Of a stretch of 64,000 bases of DNA, positions 63,901 through 64,000 are shown one piece after another. How positions within the stretch are numbered: position 1 is the stretch's first letter; every line of letters begins with the position of its first letter. Source of the DNA: Schmidtea polychroa (Eukaryota); assembly GCA_044892525.1 (NCBI GenBank), contig CM097885.1, forward strand, positions 30,072,001 through 30,136,000, written 5' to 3'. The translations under genes were made by a program, and so were the position numbers. The notes beneath the pieces are model-generated. The model was not told the DNA's origin. It searched no databases and was given only the letters and a program-made list of their open reading frames with translations.

Positions 63901-64000
63901 AGGCAGAGATTTTCTTTTCAAGACAATCACAATATTTCCATGGCAAAACAAAAGAATAACAAATGGAAGAGAATAAAAAATTATTAAATCTGTTAAATGA
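60903..64000 (-). CDS. Rhodopsin-class GPCR, TRH-receptor-like; exons 63835->64000 (TM5) and 60903-61178 (TM6-7, C-tail)
   Basis: HLTDLIIFYSLPFVILLFCHGNI (TM5) splices in phase 0 (GTAAGT...TTTAG) to KIVSII...TWFPYRVLLVYNAF...FINSAANPIIYNVMSSKFR. WxPYR and MSxKFR are typical of TRH receptors. Confidence 0.8.
61740..63150 (-). mobile_element. Decayed Penelope-like element in the GPCR intron
   Basis: LRLVVSMVGSSQYKIAK, YDVTSLFTNVP (PLE RT) and the C-terminal ILCDTLVIKSQSPTINFQ (GIY-YIG end). Confidence 0.8.
63173..63545. mobile_element. hAT MITE, same family as 44236-44463 (inverted, longer)
   Basis: TIR CAGTGGTTCTTAA / TTAAGAACCCCTG. Perfect 8-bp TSD ATCTATAG. Confidence 0.93.

Overview
Very AT-rich eukaryotic (metazoan) DNA with 43-59 nt spliceosomal introns and (AAT)n runs. 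This is compatible with a planarian/flatworm-like genome, but the host cannot be proven from the window. Bases 1-9283 are the right part of a largely intact Polinton/Maverick (adintovirus-like) endogenous DNA virus. It encodes a conserved Polinton ORF, an adenain-type protease, a minor capsid protein (one frameshift), a fibre-like ORF, a two-TM protein and a 1600-aa protein-primed DNA polymerase B. Its AGTAGT terminus is repeated in inverted orientation 242 bp inside the end, next to an NFI-consensus site, and the virus is inserted 20 bp into the 5' LTR of a Gypsy element. The rest of the window holds four host genes: ASTE1/asteroid, an EAF gene, a CD151-like tetraspanin and the 3' exons of a TRH-receptor-like GPCR. 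They sit among many transposon relics: two copies of one Gypsy family sharing a frameshift, other LTR relics, hAT, mariner, intron-containing IS630/Tc1, Penelope, piggyBac/hAT MITEs with TSDs, an actin pseudogene fragment and satellites. All calls come from reading motifs by eye; no database search was run.
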